Assembly: GCA_965233165.1 (NCBI GenBank)
Contig: CBDDRX010000009.1
Span: 20,209 to 84,208, forward strand
Length of the DNA: 64,000 nt
DNA from: an uncultured bacterium
GTDB taxonomy: Bacteria; Pseudomonadota; Gammaproteobacteria; Burkholderiales; SG8-39
Direction: 5' to 3'
The notes beneath the pieces were generated by a model. The model saw only the letters and a list, made by a program, of their open reading frames with translations, did no database searches and was not told the origin of the DNA. Positions 12,416 to 21,368 of the stretch are shown in pieces. Made by a program: the position numbers and the translations under genes. Numbering within the stretch: the first letter of the stretch is position 1; every line of letters begins with the position of its first letter.

Positions 12416-12739
12416 ATGAAGCAGATCGCGCCGGCGGAGCTCGCCGCGTGGCTCGGCGACGCGGGACGGGCGAAGCCAGTCCTCCTCGACGTGCGCGAGC
12501 CCTGGGAGTTCCGCACTTGCAGCATCGCGGGCTCGAAGCACATTCCGATGGCCGCGGTGCCGGCCCGCGCCTCGGAAGTCGATCCGGATCAGGAAGTGGT
12601 GGTGATCTGCCACCACGGCGCGCGCAGCATGCAGGTCGCGATGTTCCTCGAGAGGAACGGCTATCCGAAGGTTCACAACCTCGCGGGAGGCGTAGATTCC
12701 TGGGCAAAGACGGTCGACCCGTCCATGCCGGTCTACTGA
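12416..12739 (+). CDS. Single-domain rhodanese (GlpE-like)
   Basis: Frame of ORF 12221..12739. The start is moved to ATG 12416 (MKQIAPAELAAWL...). Active-site loop CHHGARS. The upstream part of the ORF overlaps the preceding gene. Confidence 0.8.
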   Translation: MKQIAPAELAAWLGDAGRAKPVLLDVREPWEFRTCSIAGSKHIPMAAVPARASEVDPDQEVVVICHHGARSMQVAMFLERNGYPKVHNLAGGVDSWAKTVDPSMPVY

Positions 12740-12746
12740 TGCACTG

Positions 12747-14072
12747 ATGAAGAGCCTCCTCCCAGCCGCGCTGCTCGCGGCGCTCCTTCCGGCGGCGCAC
12801 GCCGAGGACCTGGTCCAGGTCTATCGCGACGCGCAGAAGTACGACGCGGTGTACTCCGCCGCCCGGCACACCGTGGAAGCCGGCCGCGAGCGTCTCGTGC
12901 AGGGCCGCGCGCTCGTCCTGCCCTCGGTCAACCTGACCGGAAACGCGACCCGCCAGCGCATCGAGTCGGAGTCGCGCGATCCGACGCTGGTGCCGAGCTT
13001 CGTGCGCAATCCCAGCGTCCTCGGCTACACGCTCTCGTTCGTCCAGCCGCTCTTCCGGCCGCAGAACTGGCTGCAGTACGACCAGGCCGAGTTCCAGGTG
13101 AAGCAGGCCGAGGCGGTCTTCGGCCAGGCGGCGCAGGACCTGATCCTGCGCGTCTCGCAGGCCTACTTCGACGTGCTCGCCGCGCAGGACACGCTTGGCC
13201 TCGTGCGCGCGCAGAAGGCGGCGATCTCCGAGCAGCTCGCGCAGGCGAAGCGCAACTTCGAGGTGGGCACGGCGACGATCACCGACACGCACGAGGCGCA
13301 GGCGCGCTTCGACCTCTCCGGCGCGCAGGAGATCGCCGCGCTGAACGACCTCGAGAACCGCCGCCGCGCGCTGCAGCTCCTCACTGGCAAGGAGTACGCC
13401 GCCCTGAAGCCGGTGCGCAGCGACGTGAAGCTCACCCCGCCCAACCCGCCGCAGGAGCAGACCTGGGTCGAGCTCGCGGAGAAGCAGAGCTTCGCGGTGC
13501 AGGTCCAGGAAGCGGCCACCGAGGTGGCGCGCCTCGAAGCGCGCCGCGCCTCCTCGGCGCACCTGCCGACCCTCGACCTGGTCGCCACCCACGGGCAGAA
13601 CAACCAGTCGCAGCTCACCACGACCGCGGTGGGCGCCGACGTCACCACCACGACCATCGGCCTGCAGCTCGCGGTACCGCTCTTCCAGGGCGGCGGGCTC
13701 AGCTCGCGCGAGCGAGAGGCCGCCGCCCTCAGCCTGCGCGCCCGCGACGAGCTGGAGAACGCGCGCCGCAGCTCCGCGCTCTCCAGCCGCCAGTCCTACC
13801 TCGCGGTCATCAACGGCATCGCGCAGGTCGGCGCCCTGGAGCAGGCGATGGTGTCCTCGCGCAGCGCGCTCGACTCGAACAAGCTCGGCTACGAGGTGGG
13901 CGTGCGGATCAACATCGACGTGCTGTACGCGCAGCAGCAGCTCTTCTCCACGCAGCGCGACCTCGCGGTCGCCCGCTACAACACGATCACGAACCACCTG
14001 CGCCTCAAGGCGGCCGCCGGCAGCCTCGGCGAGCAGGACCTGGAAGAAGTCAACCGCGCCCTGGCCCCCTGA
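12747..14072 (+). CDS. tolC: TolC-family outer membrane efflux channel
   Basis: 441 aa. Signal peptide MKSLLPAALLAALLPAAHA, followed by the duplicated OEP repeat pattern typical of TolC. Confidence 0.88.
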   Translation: MKSLLPAALLAALLPAAHAEDLVQVYRDAQKYDAVYSAARHTVEAGRERLVQGRALVLPSVNLTGNATRQRIESESRDPTLVPSFVRNPSVLGYTLSFVQPLFRPQNWLQYDQAEFQVKQAEAVFGQAAQDLILRVSQAYFDVLAAQDTLGLVRAQKAAISEQLAQAKRNFEVGTATITDTHEAQARFDLSGAQEIAALNDLENRRRALQLLTGKEYAALKPVRSDVKLTPPNPPQEQTWVELAEKQSFAVQVQEAATEVARLEARRASSAHLPTLDLVATHGQNNQSQLTTTAVGADVTTTTIGLQLAVPLFQGGGLSSREREAAALSLRARDELENARRSSALSSRQSYLAVINGIAQVGALEQAMVSSRSALDSNKLGYEVGVRINIDVLYAQQQLFSTQRDLAVARYNTITNHLRLKAAAGSLGEQDLEEVNRALAP

Positions 14073-14078
14073 CCGGCC

Positions 14079-15221
14079 ATGGTGTCGTCCGCCGCGCGCC
14101 TGAAAATCGCGCTCATCCGGGCGGCCTACACGGATTTCGGCGGCGCCGAGCAGGCGATGGTGCGCACGCTGCAGGCCCTCTCCGCCGAGGACCTCGACAT
14201 CACGCTGGTCACGCGGCGCTGGCGCGAGACCGCCGGCGTGCGCGCGGTGATCTGCGATCCGTTCTACGCCGGCGCCCTGTGGCGCGACTGGAGCTTCGCC
14301 CGCGCGGCCTGCCGCATCGCGGCTGACGGGCGCTTCGACCTCGTGCAGTCGCACGAGCGCCTTCCCTGCTGCGACGTCTACCGGGCCGGCAACGGCGTGC
14401 ACCAGGAATGGCTGAAGCAGCGCCGCCGGCGCATGGGCCCGCTCGGGCGGCTCGGAATCGCGCTCAATCCGTACCACCGCTTCGTCTCCGGCATCGAGCG
14501 GCGCATGTTCGCGAGCGACCGCCTCAAGGCGGTGATCTGCAACTCGGCAATGGTGAAGGACGAGATCCGCGCCTGGTTCGATGTGCCGGAGCACAAGCTG
14601 CATGTCGTCTACAGCGGCGTGGACACCGAGCGCTTTCACCCCCGGCTGCGCGAAGGCCGCGACGAGACGCGCCGCGCGCTGGGCCTGCCGCAGGACGCCA
14701 CCGTGTTCCTGTACGTGGGCTCCGGATTCGCGCGCAAAGGCGTGCAGGCGCTCCTCGAAGCCATGGCCGGCCTCGCACCGCAGAGCCACCTCCTCGTCGT
14801 CGGCAAGGACAAGCGCGCGGCGGCGTTCGCGCGCGAAGCGCACCGGCTCGGCGTCGCCGGCCGCGTCCATTTCGCCGGGCCGCTGAAGGACGTCACGGGC
14901 GCCTATGCCGCCGCGGACGCCTTCGTCCTGCCGACGCTCTACGACCCGTTCCCGAACGTGGTGCTCGAGGCGATGGCCTGCGGCCTGGCGGTGGTCACGA
15001 GCACCAAGAGCGGCGGCGCGGAGCTGGTCGAGGAAGGCGTGACCGGCTACGTCCGCGACGCCCTCGACGTGCCCGGCCTGCGCGAGAGCATGCAGCGGCT
15101 CGAGTCGCGGCCGCAGCGCGAGGCGATGGGTGCCGAGGCTCGGCGCCGCGTCGAACCCTTTACACTCCAGCGCATGGCCGACCGGTACCTCGCGCTCTAC
15201 CGCAGCATCCTCGGTAGATGA
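14079..15221 (+). CDS. Glycosyltransferase family 4, WaaG-like LPS core glycosyltransferase
   Basis: 380 aa. GT-B/GT4 C-terminal block (FVLPTLYDPFPNVVLEAMACGLAVVTS...GGAELVEEGVTGY). Lies in the LPS core gene context. Confidence 0.75.
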   Translation: MVSSAARLKIALIRAAYTDFGGAEQAMVRTLQALSAEDLDITLVTRRWRETAGVRAVICDPFYAGALWRDWSFARAACRIAADGRFDLVQSHERLPCCDVYRAGNGVHQEWLKQRRRRMGPLGRLGIALNPYHRFVSGIERRMFASDRLKAVICNSAMVKDEIRAWFDVPEHKLHVVYSGVDTERFHPRLREGRDETRRALGLPQDATVFLYVGSGFARKGVQALLEAMAGLAPQSHLLVVGKDKRAAAFAREAHRLGVAGRVHFAGPLKDVTGAYAAADAFVLPTLYDPFPNVVLEAMACGLAVVTSTKSGGAELVEEGVTGYVRDALDVPGLRESMQRLESRPQREAMGAEARRRVEPFTLQRMADRYLALYRSILGR

Positions 15222-15988
15222 GCGCCGCCGCGCGACCCACCGTCGCCGTGGTCCTGATCGTGCGCAACGAGGCGACGCGGCTGCGCGCATGCCTCGAGAG
15301 CCTCCGCTGGGCGGACGAGATCGTGGTGCTCGACACCGGGAGCACCGACGAGACCGTCGCCATCGCGCGCGAGTTCACCGGCAAGGTGCACAGCGCGGCG
15401 TTCTGCGGCTTCGGGCCCCTGAAGAACCAGGCGCTCGAGCTCGCCACCTGCGACTGGATCCTGTCCATCGACGCGGACGAGCGCGTCACGCCCGAGCTGC
15501 AGCAGGAGATCATCGCCGCGCTGCGCGCCGATGCCGGCCACGCCGGCTACCTGGTGCCACGCCTGTCCTACCTGTGCGGCCAGCCGATGCGGCACGGCGG
15601 CTGGTGGCCGGACTACGTCGCGCGCCTGGTGCGCCGCGGCCAGGGGCGCTTCACCGAAGTCCCGGTGCACGAGGAGCTGGTCGTGCGGGGCAGCACCGGC
15701 CGGCTCGCGGCGCCGCTCCTGCACAACGCGTACGACAACCTCGAGCAGGTCATCGAGAAGCTCAACCGCTATTCCACGCTCGCCGCCGAGAAGATGCATC
15801 GCGCCGGCAAGCGCGCCGGCGTGCTGACCGCGCTCGTGCACGGTGCCTGGAGCTTCTTCCGCACCTATGTCCTGCAGCTCGGCCTGCTCGACGGCCGGCG
15901 CGGCCTCATCCTGGCCGTGCTCAATGCGGAGCACAGCTACTACCGGTACGCGAAGCTCTGGCGGATGCTCGACAAGACCGGGCCGTGA
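15218..15988 (+). CDS. Glycosyltransferase family 2 (WaaE/KdtX-like core glycosyltransferase)
   Basis: 256 aa. VAVVLIVRNEATRLRACLESL...DTGSTDET...SIDADERV (GT-A DxD). ATGA overlap with the upstream gene. Confidence 0.75.
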   Translation: MSAAARPTVAVVLIVRNEATRLRACLESLRWADEIVVLDTGSTDETVAIAREFTGKVHSAAFCGFGPLKNQALELATCDWILSIDADERVTPELQQEIIAALRADAGHAGYLVPRLSYLCGQPMRHGGWWPDYVARLVRRGQGRFTEVPVHEELVVRGSTGRLAAPLLHNAYDNLEQVIEKLNRYSTLAAEKMHRAGKRAGVLTALVHGAWSFFRTYVLQLGLLDGRRGLILAVLNAEHSYYRYAKLWRMLDKTGP

Positions 15989-16710
15989 GCCTCGGCGAGC
16001 GCGCGCGCTTCCTGTTCCGGGCCTACCGCGCGCGCTGGCGCGACCAGCGCGCCGAGCTCGGCGAGGCGCTGCGCAGAATCCGGCCGGGCGACACGGTCGT
16101 CGACATCGGCGCGCACAAGGGCGCGTATCTCTACTGGATGCGCCGCGCCGTCGGCCCGGCCGGACGCGTCTACGGCTTCGAGCCGCAGCCCGCGCTGCAC
16201 GCGTATCTCAGCCGGACGGTTTCGGCGCGCGGCTGGGGCAACGTCGAGGTCCTGCCCTTCGCGCTCTCCGACCGGCTTGGGACCGCCGAGATCCACGTGC
16301 CGGAGGGGGAAACCTCCCCCGGCGCCTCCCTGGTGCCACGGGCCGGCGGCCGCACAGTGCCCTGCACCCTCGAGACGCTGGATCACGTGCTCGGCGATGG
16401 GAGCCGGCTCTCGTTCATCAAATGCGACGTCGAAGGCCATGAGCTCGCCGTCTTCCGCGGCGCGCGGCGCATCCTGAGCGAGCAGGCGCCGGCGCTCCTC
16501 TTCGAATGCGAGGCGCGCCACCTGTCCGCGCATGGCATGCAGGACGTGTTCGCTTTCCTGCAAGCGCTCGGCTACGAGGGCCGGTTCTTTGCCGGCAGCG
16601 GCCTGCTGCCGCTCGCCCGCTTCGATCCGGCAGTTCACCAAGCCCGCACCGGCGAGCGCTTCTGGGACCGCCCGGGCTACTTCAACAACTTCCTTTTCAC
16701 TAGGCGATAA
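15985..16710 (+). CDS. FkbM-family SAM-dependent methyltransferase
   Basis: Distal part of track ORF 15130..16710. The start is placed at in-frame GTG 15985, overlapping the preceding stop (GTGA). Motifs VVDIGAHKGAY and FIKCDVEGHELAV are typical of FkbM. Confidence 0.7.
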   Translation: MSLGERARFLFRAYRARWRDQRAELGEALRRIRPGDTVVDIGAHKGAYLYWMRRAVGPAGRVYGFEPQPALHAYLSRTVSARGWGNVEVLPFALSDRLGTAEIHVPEGETSPGASLVPRAGGRTVPCTLETLDHVLGDGSRLSFIKCDVEGHELAVFRGARRILSEQAPALLFECEARHLSAHGMQDVFAFLQALGYEGRFFAGSGLLPLARFDPAVHQARTGERFWDRPGYFNNFLFTRR

Positions 16711-17926
16711 GCAGGCGCAGGCAGGCCTGCAGGTGGCGGTCCGCCGCGCCGCGGTGCGTCTCGCACAGCGCGCGGCCGGTGGCGGACATGCGCGCGCGGC
16801 GCGCCGGGTCGGCGAGCAGGGCGAGCGCCTCGCGCAGGGCCGCGGCCGCATCCCCGACCTGCACCACCGCGCCGGCCTCGCGGCCGAGCCGCGCCACTTC
16901 GGCGAAGTTGAACATGTGCGGCCCGGTGACCGCCGGCGCGCCGCAGGCGAGCGCCTCGATCAGGTTCTGCCCGCCGAGCGGCTTGAAGGAGCCGCCGACG
17001 ATCGCGACATCGCAGGCGGCGTAGTAGAAGAACATCTCGCCCATCGTGTCGCCGAGGTGCACGCGCTCGGCGCTTGCGGGGAGCGCGCCCGCGCTGCGGC
17101 GCGACTGCGCGAGCCCCGCGACCTCGTCGAAGCGCTGCGGATGGCGCGGCACGACCACGACGAGGAGCTTTCCATCCCAATCCGGAAGCGCGTCGAGCAG
17201 CAGGCGCTCCTCGCCCTCGCGCGTGCTCGCGAGCAGGAGCACCGGGCGGCCGAGCTGCGCGCGCCAGGCGCGCCCGGCGTCGAAGCGCGGCCGGTCGAAG
17301 GCGACGTCGAACTTGAGGTTGCCGGCCACTTCCACGTTGCGCGCGCCGAGATCGCGCAGGCGCTGCGCATCCGCCTCGCTCTGCGCGAGCACCGCGGCAA
17401 GGCTCCGCAGCCCCGGCCGGGTGAGCGCCGCCCAGCGCGCATAGCCGCGCGCGGAGCGCTCCGACATGCGCGCATTGGCGAGCAGCATCGGGATGCGGTG
17501 CGCGGCGCAGGCGGCGAGCAGGTTCGGCCAGAGCTCCGTCTCCATGATCACGCCGAAGCGCGGGCGGAAATGCTCGACGAAGCGGCGTACCGTCGAGGGA
17601 AAGTCGTACGGAAGGTAGGCGGTCATGACGGACTCGCCATAGACCTGGCGGATCGTCGCGCGGCCGGCCGCGGTCATGCAGGTGAGCAGGATCTCGTGGT
17701 CCGGGAGCGCGTCGCGCAGCCGCTGCACGAGCGGCGCCGCGGCGCGCACCTCGCCCACGGACACGGCGTGGATCCAGACCAGCTTGCCGGCGAACGGCTC
17801 ATCGTAGCGGCCGAAGCGCTCGCCGATCGACTCCCGGTAGCCCGCTTCGCGCCGGCCGCGCCACCACAGACGCAGCAGCACGAGCGGCAGCGAGGCGCCC
17901 AGCAGCAGCGTATAGAGGAGCCTCAT
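16700..17926 (-). CDS. waaA: 3-deoxy-D-manno-octulosonic acid (Kdo) transferase
   Basis: Distal 408 aa of track ORF 16700..18655. Start at ATG 17926 (MRLLYTLLLGASLPLVLLRLWWRGRREAGYRESIGERFG...WIHAVSVGEV). The longer ORF is an artefactual read-through of waaC in another frame. Confidence 0.9.
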   Translation of the reverse strand: MRLLYTLLLGASLPLVLLRLWWRGRREAGYRESIGERFGRYDEPFAGKLVWIHAVSVGEVRAAAPLVQRLRDALPDHEILLTCMTAAGRATIRQVYGESVMTAYLPYDFPSTVRRFVEHFRPRFGVIMETELWPNLLAACAAHRIPMLLANARMSERSARGYARWAALTRPGLRSLAAVLAQSEADAQRLRDLGARNVEVAGNLKFDVAFDRPRFDAGRAWRAQLGRPVLLLASTREGEERLLLDALPDWDGKLLVVVVPRHPQRFDEVAGLAQSRRSAGALPASAERVHLGDTMGEMFFYYAACDVAIVGGSFKPLGGQNLIEALACGAPAVTGPHMFNFAEVARLGREAGAVVQVGDAAAALREALALLADPARRARMSATGRALCETHRGAADRHLQACLRLLIA

Positions 17927-18855
17927 GCAAACGCGTCCATGACTTCTCGCACGCCGGGCGAAGCGCCGTGCGCGCCGACGTTGCGGGCCCTCTCGGGGCC
18001 GTAGAGCCCCGTCAGCGCGGGCGCCGAGCCGCAATAGATGCCGACCGTGGAGGCGCCCACCGCCACGGCCAGGTGGGTGAGGCCGGTGTCGACACCGGCG
18101 ACCCGCTGCGCGCCCGCCAGCAGCGCGCCCAGCTGCGAGAGCGACAGCCGCGGCGGAACGGTGGCGTTGCCCGCCGCCGCCGCGATCGCCTCGGCGGCGA
18201 GGCGCTCCGGCTCGCTTCCCCAGGGCAGCACGACGTGCATCCCGAGCGCGCGCGCGAGCTCCACCCAGTTCGCCTGCGGCCACAGCTTCGCGGCGCGGCT
18301 GCTCATCGTCAGGAAGACCGCGTAGCGGCCCGGCAAGGGGAGCGGGACGGGTGCCGTCACGCGCAAGCCATAGTCCGGCGCGCCGCTCACCGTGTACCCG
18401 AGCGCCGCCGCGCAGAGCGCGCGGTTGCGCTCGACGGCATGCAGGCCTTTCGGCACCGCATGCCGGACGTCGTAGAGGCAGGCGGCGAGCGGCTCGCGCG
18501 CGCTGCCGAAGTCCATCCCGTGACGCACGCCGTGCGCCGCGGTGCCGAGCAGGGCGCTCTTCAGCAGGCCCTGCGAATCGACCACCGCGTCGTACGGCTC
18601 CGCGCCGGCCGCCCGCCGGAACGCGCCCACCTCGCGCCACACGTCGCGGCGCCACGGCGCGCGGCGCCAGCGCCGAACGGCGACCGGTATGACGCGGCGC
18701 ACGCGCGGATGCAGGGCGGGGAGCTCGGCGAACGGCTGCTCGACCACCCAGTCGATCGCCGCATCGGGAACGTTGCGCGCCGCGTCGCTCAGCGCGGGAA
18801 GGTGGTGAACGACGTCACCCAGCGAAGAGGTCTTGACGAAGAGGATTCTTCGCAT
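17923..18855 (-). CDS. waaC: ADP-heptose:LPS heptosyltransferase I
   Basis: 310 aa. MRRILFVKTSSLGDVVHHLPALSDA... GT9 family. ATGA overlap with the waaA start. Confidence 0.85.
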   Translation of the reverse strand: MRRILFVKTSSLGDVVHHLPALSDAARNVPDAAIDWVVEQPFAELPALHPRVRRVIPVAVRRWRRAPWRRDVWREVGAFRRAAGAEPYDAVVDSQGLLKSALLGTAAHGVRHGMDFGSAREPLAACLYDVRHAVPKGLHAVERNRALCAAALGYTVSGAPDYGLRVTAPVPLPLPGRYAVFLTMSSRAAKLWPQANWVELARALGMHVVLPWGSEPERLAAEAIAAAAGNATVPPRLSLSQLGALLAGAQRVAGVDTGLTHLAVAVGASTVGIYCGSAPALTGLYGPERARNVGAHGASPGVREVMDAFA

Positions 18856-18895
18856 TGGATAGAATAGGCCCGCCGGATTCTACGGGATAAGCCTT

Positions 18896-19648
18896 CTGGA
18901 AAAGCTCTCGGCCGTCCTGATCACCCGCAACGCCGCGCCTGTCCTCGACGCCTGCCTGGAGAGCCTCGCGTTCGCCGACGAGATCCTGGTCGTCGACTCC
19001 GCGAGCAGCGACGCGACCGTCGAGATCGCGCGCAAGCGCGGCGCGCGCGTCGTGCAGAAGGAGTGGCTCGGCTTCGGCCAGCAGCGCCAGTTCGCGGTGG
19101 ACCAGGCCGCGCACGACTGGGTGCTGTGCATCGACGCCGACGAGACCGTCTCCCCCGAGCTCGCCGCGAGCATCCGCGCGGCGCTCGCCGATCCGCAGTA
19201 CCCCGTCTACCGCTTCGCGCGGCGCAACCGCTTCCTCGGCCGCTGGCTCTCGCACGGCGAGGGCTATCCGGACTGGAGCACGCGCCTCTTCAACCGCCTG
19301 AGCGCGCGCTGGAGCGAGGACCTCGTGAACGAGAAGGTCCTCTACGGCGTCACGCCCGGCCGCCTCCAGGGCGACATGATGCACGGCGCCTCCGACGACA
19401 TCTCCGCCTACCTCGAGCGGCAGAACCGGCACACGACGCTCGCCGCCCGCCAGGCCTTCGAGCAGGGCCGCAGCCCCCACCTCCTGAACCTCGTCTTCTC
19501 GCCGCTCGTGCGCTTCCTCAAGTTCTACATCCTGCGCCTGGGCTTCCTCGACGGCATGCCGGGCCTCATCCACGTCTCGATCGGCTGCATCAACAGCTAC
19601 GTCAAGTACGCCAAGCTGATCGAGCTGCAGCGCGCCGCGCGCCGATGA
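18896..19648 (+). CDS. Glycosyltransferase family 2, paralogue of 15218..15988 (start codon uncertain)
   Basis: My translation upstream of the track M (19052) gives LEKLSAVLITRNAAPVLDACLESLAFADEILVVDSASSDATVEIARKRG...CIDADETV. This aligns with the N-terminus of the 15218 paralogue. There is no in-frame ATG, GTG or TTG between the stop at 18860 and 19052. CTG 18896 is the provisional start. Confidence 0.7.
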   Translation: MEKLSAVLITRNAAPVLDACLESLAFADEILVVDSASSDATVEIARKRGARVVQKEWLGFGQQRQFAVDQAAHDWVLCIDADETVSPELAASIRAALADPQYPVYRFARRNRFLGRWLSHGEGYPDWSTRLFNRLSARWSEDLVNEKVLYGVTPGRLQGDMMHGASDDISAYLERQNRHTTLAARQAFEQGRSPHLLNLVFSPLVRFLKFYILRLGFLDGMPGLIHVSIGCINSYVKYAKLIELQRAARR

Positions 19649-20253
19649 AAACAGGGACAGACCACGTTTTCCCCAAGGCAGCGGACGTGGTCGCCCTTCA
19701 CGACTACGCCCTCGCCGCGCCAGGGCAGCCGGCGCGCTTCCAGGACGGCGTCTGGGCCGCGATCGAGGCGAACCACTGGCACAACAACGCGCTCTGGGAG
19801 CAGGAGGATCTCGCGCGCCGGCGCAACGTTCCCGATGCCGACATCGCGAGCAACAAGCGCGCGATCGACGCCCACAACCAGAAAAGAAACGACGCCATCG
19901 AACGCATTGATGAGCTTCTTCTTCATTCACTGCGCACCGTCGAAAAGCGTCCGGAGGCCAAACCGCATTCCGAAACGGCAGGCGCCATGATCGACCGGCT
20001 GTCGATCCTGTCGCTCAAGATCCACCACATGCGCCTGCAGACGCAGCGAGAAGACGTCGAGGCGGCGCATATCGAGGCGTGCGCCGCGAAGCTCGCGCGC
20101 CTGGTCGAGCAGCGCCAGGACCTCGGCGCGTGCCTCGACCGGCTGCTGCAGGAAGCTTCGCGGGGGGAGAGCTACTTCAAGGTCTACCGGCAGTTCAAGA
20201 TGTACAACGACCCGAAGCTCAACCCCGCGGTGTACGGGGAAGCCAAGCGCTGA
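19645..20253 (+). CDS. DUF4254-like protein of unknown function
   Basis: Distal 202 aa of track ORF 19063..20253. ATG 19645 overlaps the preceding stop (ATGA). MKTGTDHVF...IEANHWHNNALWEQEDLARR...NQKRNDAIERIDE; as I recall, this N..LW..ED..R pattern is that of DUF4254. Confidence 0.55.
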   Translation: MKTGTDHVFPKAADVVALHDYALAAPGQPARFQDGVWAAIEANHWHNNALWEQEDLARRRNVPDADIASNKRAIDAHNQKRNDAIERIDELLLHSLRTVEKRPEAKPHSETAGAMIDRLSILSLKIHHMRLQTQREDVEAAHIEACAAKLARLVEQRQDLGACLDRLLQEASRGESYFKVYRQFKMYNDPKLNPAVYGEAKR

Positions 20254-21368
20254 TTCACGTCCACCACGTCAACCTGCAGCCCTTCGCGAGCGGCGGCGAG
20301 ACCTACGCCCACGCCCTCACCCGCGCGCTGCTGCAGGCCGACGCCGGCGTCACCCTGTACGCGCATCCCGAGAACCGCTTCTGGGACGACCTGCCGGTCA
20401 AGCGCGTGCTCGTCGCCGGCCCGGAGGCGATGGAGCCGGCGCTGCCGCAGGAGCGCTCCCTGCTGATCGTCCATACCCCGCTGCCCGAGGACATGGCGCA
20501 GCGCCTCGCCCGGCGCCACCTGCTCATCGGCGTCGCGCACATGCCGATGGTCGGCCGCGAGCCCGGCTGGCTGCGCCACTGCTCGCTGGTGGTGACGGTG
20601 TCGCGCTACTGCCTCGAGCTCCTGCGCAAGGCCGGCGTCCAGCAGCTCTATCCGGCGCCGCTCTACGGCGTGGCGGCGAAGCGCGGCAGCCCGTCCGCCG
20701 CGATCCTCAAGGCCTCGCCCTACTGGTGGGACAAGCGCAAGGCGCGCGACGTGGTGATGGGCAAGTTCGAGCCGCTCGCCAACATCTTCGCAAGACAGGC
20801 CTTCTACGAGAAGCGCCCCGGCCTCACGCTCGGCGTGGTGTCGATGATCGCGCCGATCAAGCAGTTCCCCGCCCTCTTCACGCATCTCGCGCCGATCCTC
20901 GCCCGCCACGGCGTCAACCTCGAGATCTTCGGTGCCGGCGGCTATGCGCAGGTGCGCGACACCAGGGAGGCCCTCGCCCCCCTCGGCGAGCGCGCCCGCT
21001 GGTGGGGCTACCAGAAGGACGTCGCCGCCGCCTACGCCAACATCGACTACCTGCTCACTGGCCTGCCGGAAAAGGAAGCGCTCGGCCTGAACGTCCTCGA
21101 AGCGCAGGCCTGCGGCACGCCGGTCCTTGCCCCGAACGCCCCGCCGTTCACCGAGACGGTGATCCATGGCCACACCGGCTTCCTCTACGCCGACCCGCGC
21201 ACCGACAAGGGCGCCGATTTCGAGCGGCTGCTCGCCCGCCTGAAGGACGCGCCGCGGCCCGATCCGCGGCGTGCGACGATCCACCTCTCGCAGTTCTCGC
21301 AGCACGCGCTCTTCGAGCGCACGCGGCGGATGCTCGACTACCTCTCCAGGAGCGGACACCGAACATGA
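20250..21368 (+). CDS. Glycosyltransferase (GT-B, GT4-like); start codon uncertain
   Basis: Frame of ORF 20079..21368. The homologous part begins about LIHVHHVNLQPFASGGETYAHAL. C-terminal block LTGLPEKEALGLNVLEAQACGTPVLAPN...ETVIHGHTGFLY. The first 57 track codons are an R/P/A-rich shadow overlapping the DUF4254 gene. Confidence 0.65.
   Translation: MIHVHHVNLQPFASGGETYAHALTRALLQADAGVTLYAHPENRFWDDLPVKRVLVAGPEAMEPALPQERSLLIVHTPLPEDMAQRLARRHLLIGVAHMPMVGREPGWLRHCSLVVTVSRYCLELLRKAGVQQLYPAPLYGVAAKRGSPSAAILKASPYWWDKRKARDVVMGKFEPLANIFARQAFYEKRPGLTLGVVSMIAPIKQFPALFTHLAPILARHGVNLEIFGAGGYAQVRDTREALAPLGERARWWGYQKDVAAAYANIDYLLTGLPEKEALGLNVLEAQACGTPVLAPNAPPFTETVIHGHTGFLYADPRTDKGADFERLLARLKDAPRPDPRRATIHLSQFSQHALFERTRRMLDYLSRSGHRT

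Noticed and set aside
15130-16710. 526-aa ORF covering the GT2 gene region in another frame
   Set aside because: Only the last ~241 codons (from GTG 15985) have FkbM motifs. The upstream part is an R/A/P-rich shadow of the real GT2 gene 15218..15988.
16700-18655. 651-aa ORF suggesting a large fusion protein
   Set aside because: Only the distal 408 aa (from MRLLYTLLL, ATG 17926) are WaaA. The upstream 243 codons are an alternative frame of waaC, which is encoded by 17923..18855.
20079-20249. ATG 20079 as the start of the GT4-like gene
   Set aside because: It would overlap the DUF4254 gene by 175 nt. It would also add 57 residues (MRREARAPGRAAPGPRRVPRPAAAG…) with shadow-frame composition and no similarity to GT N-termini.
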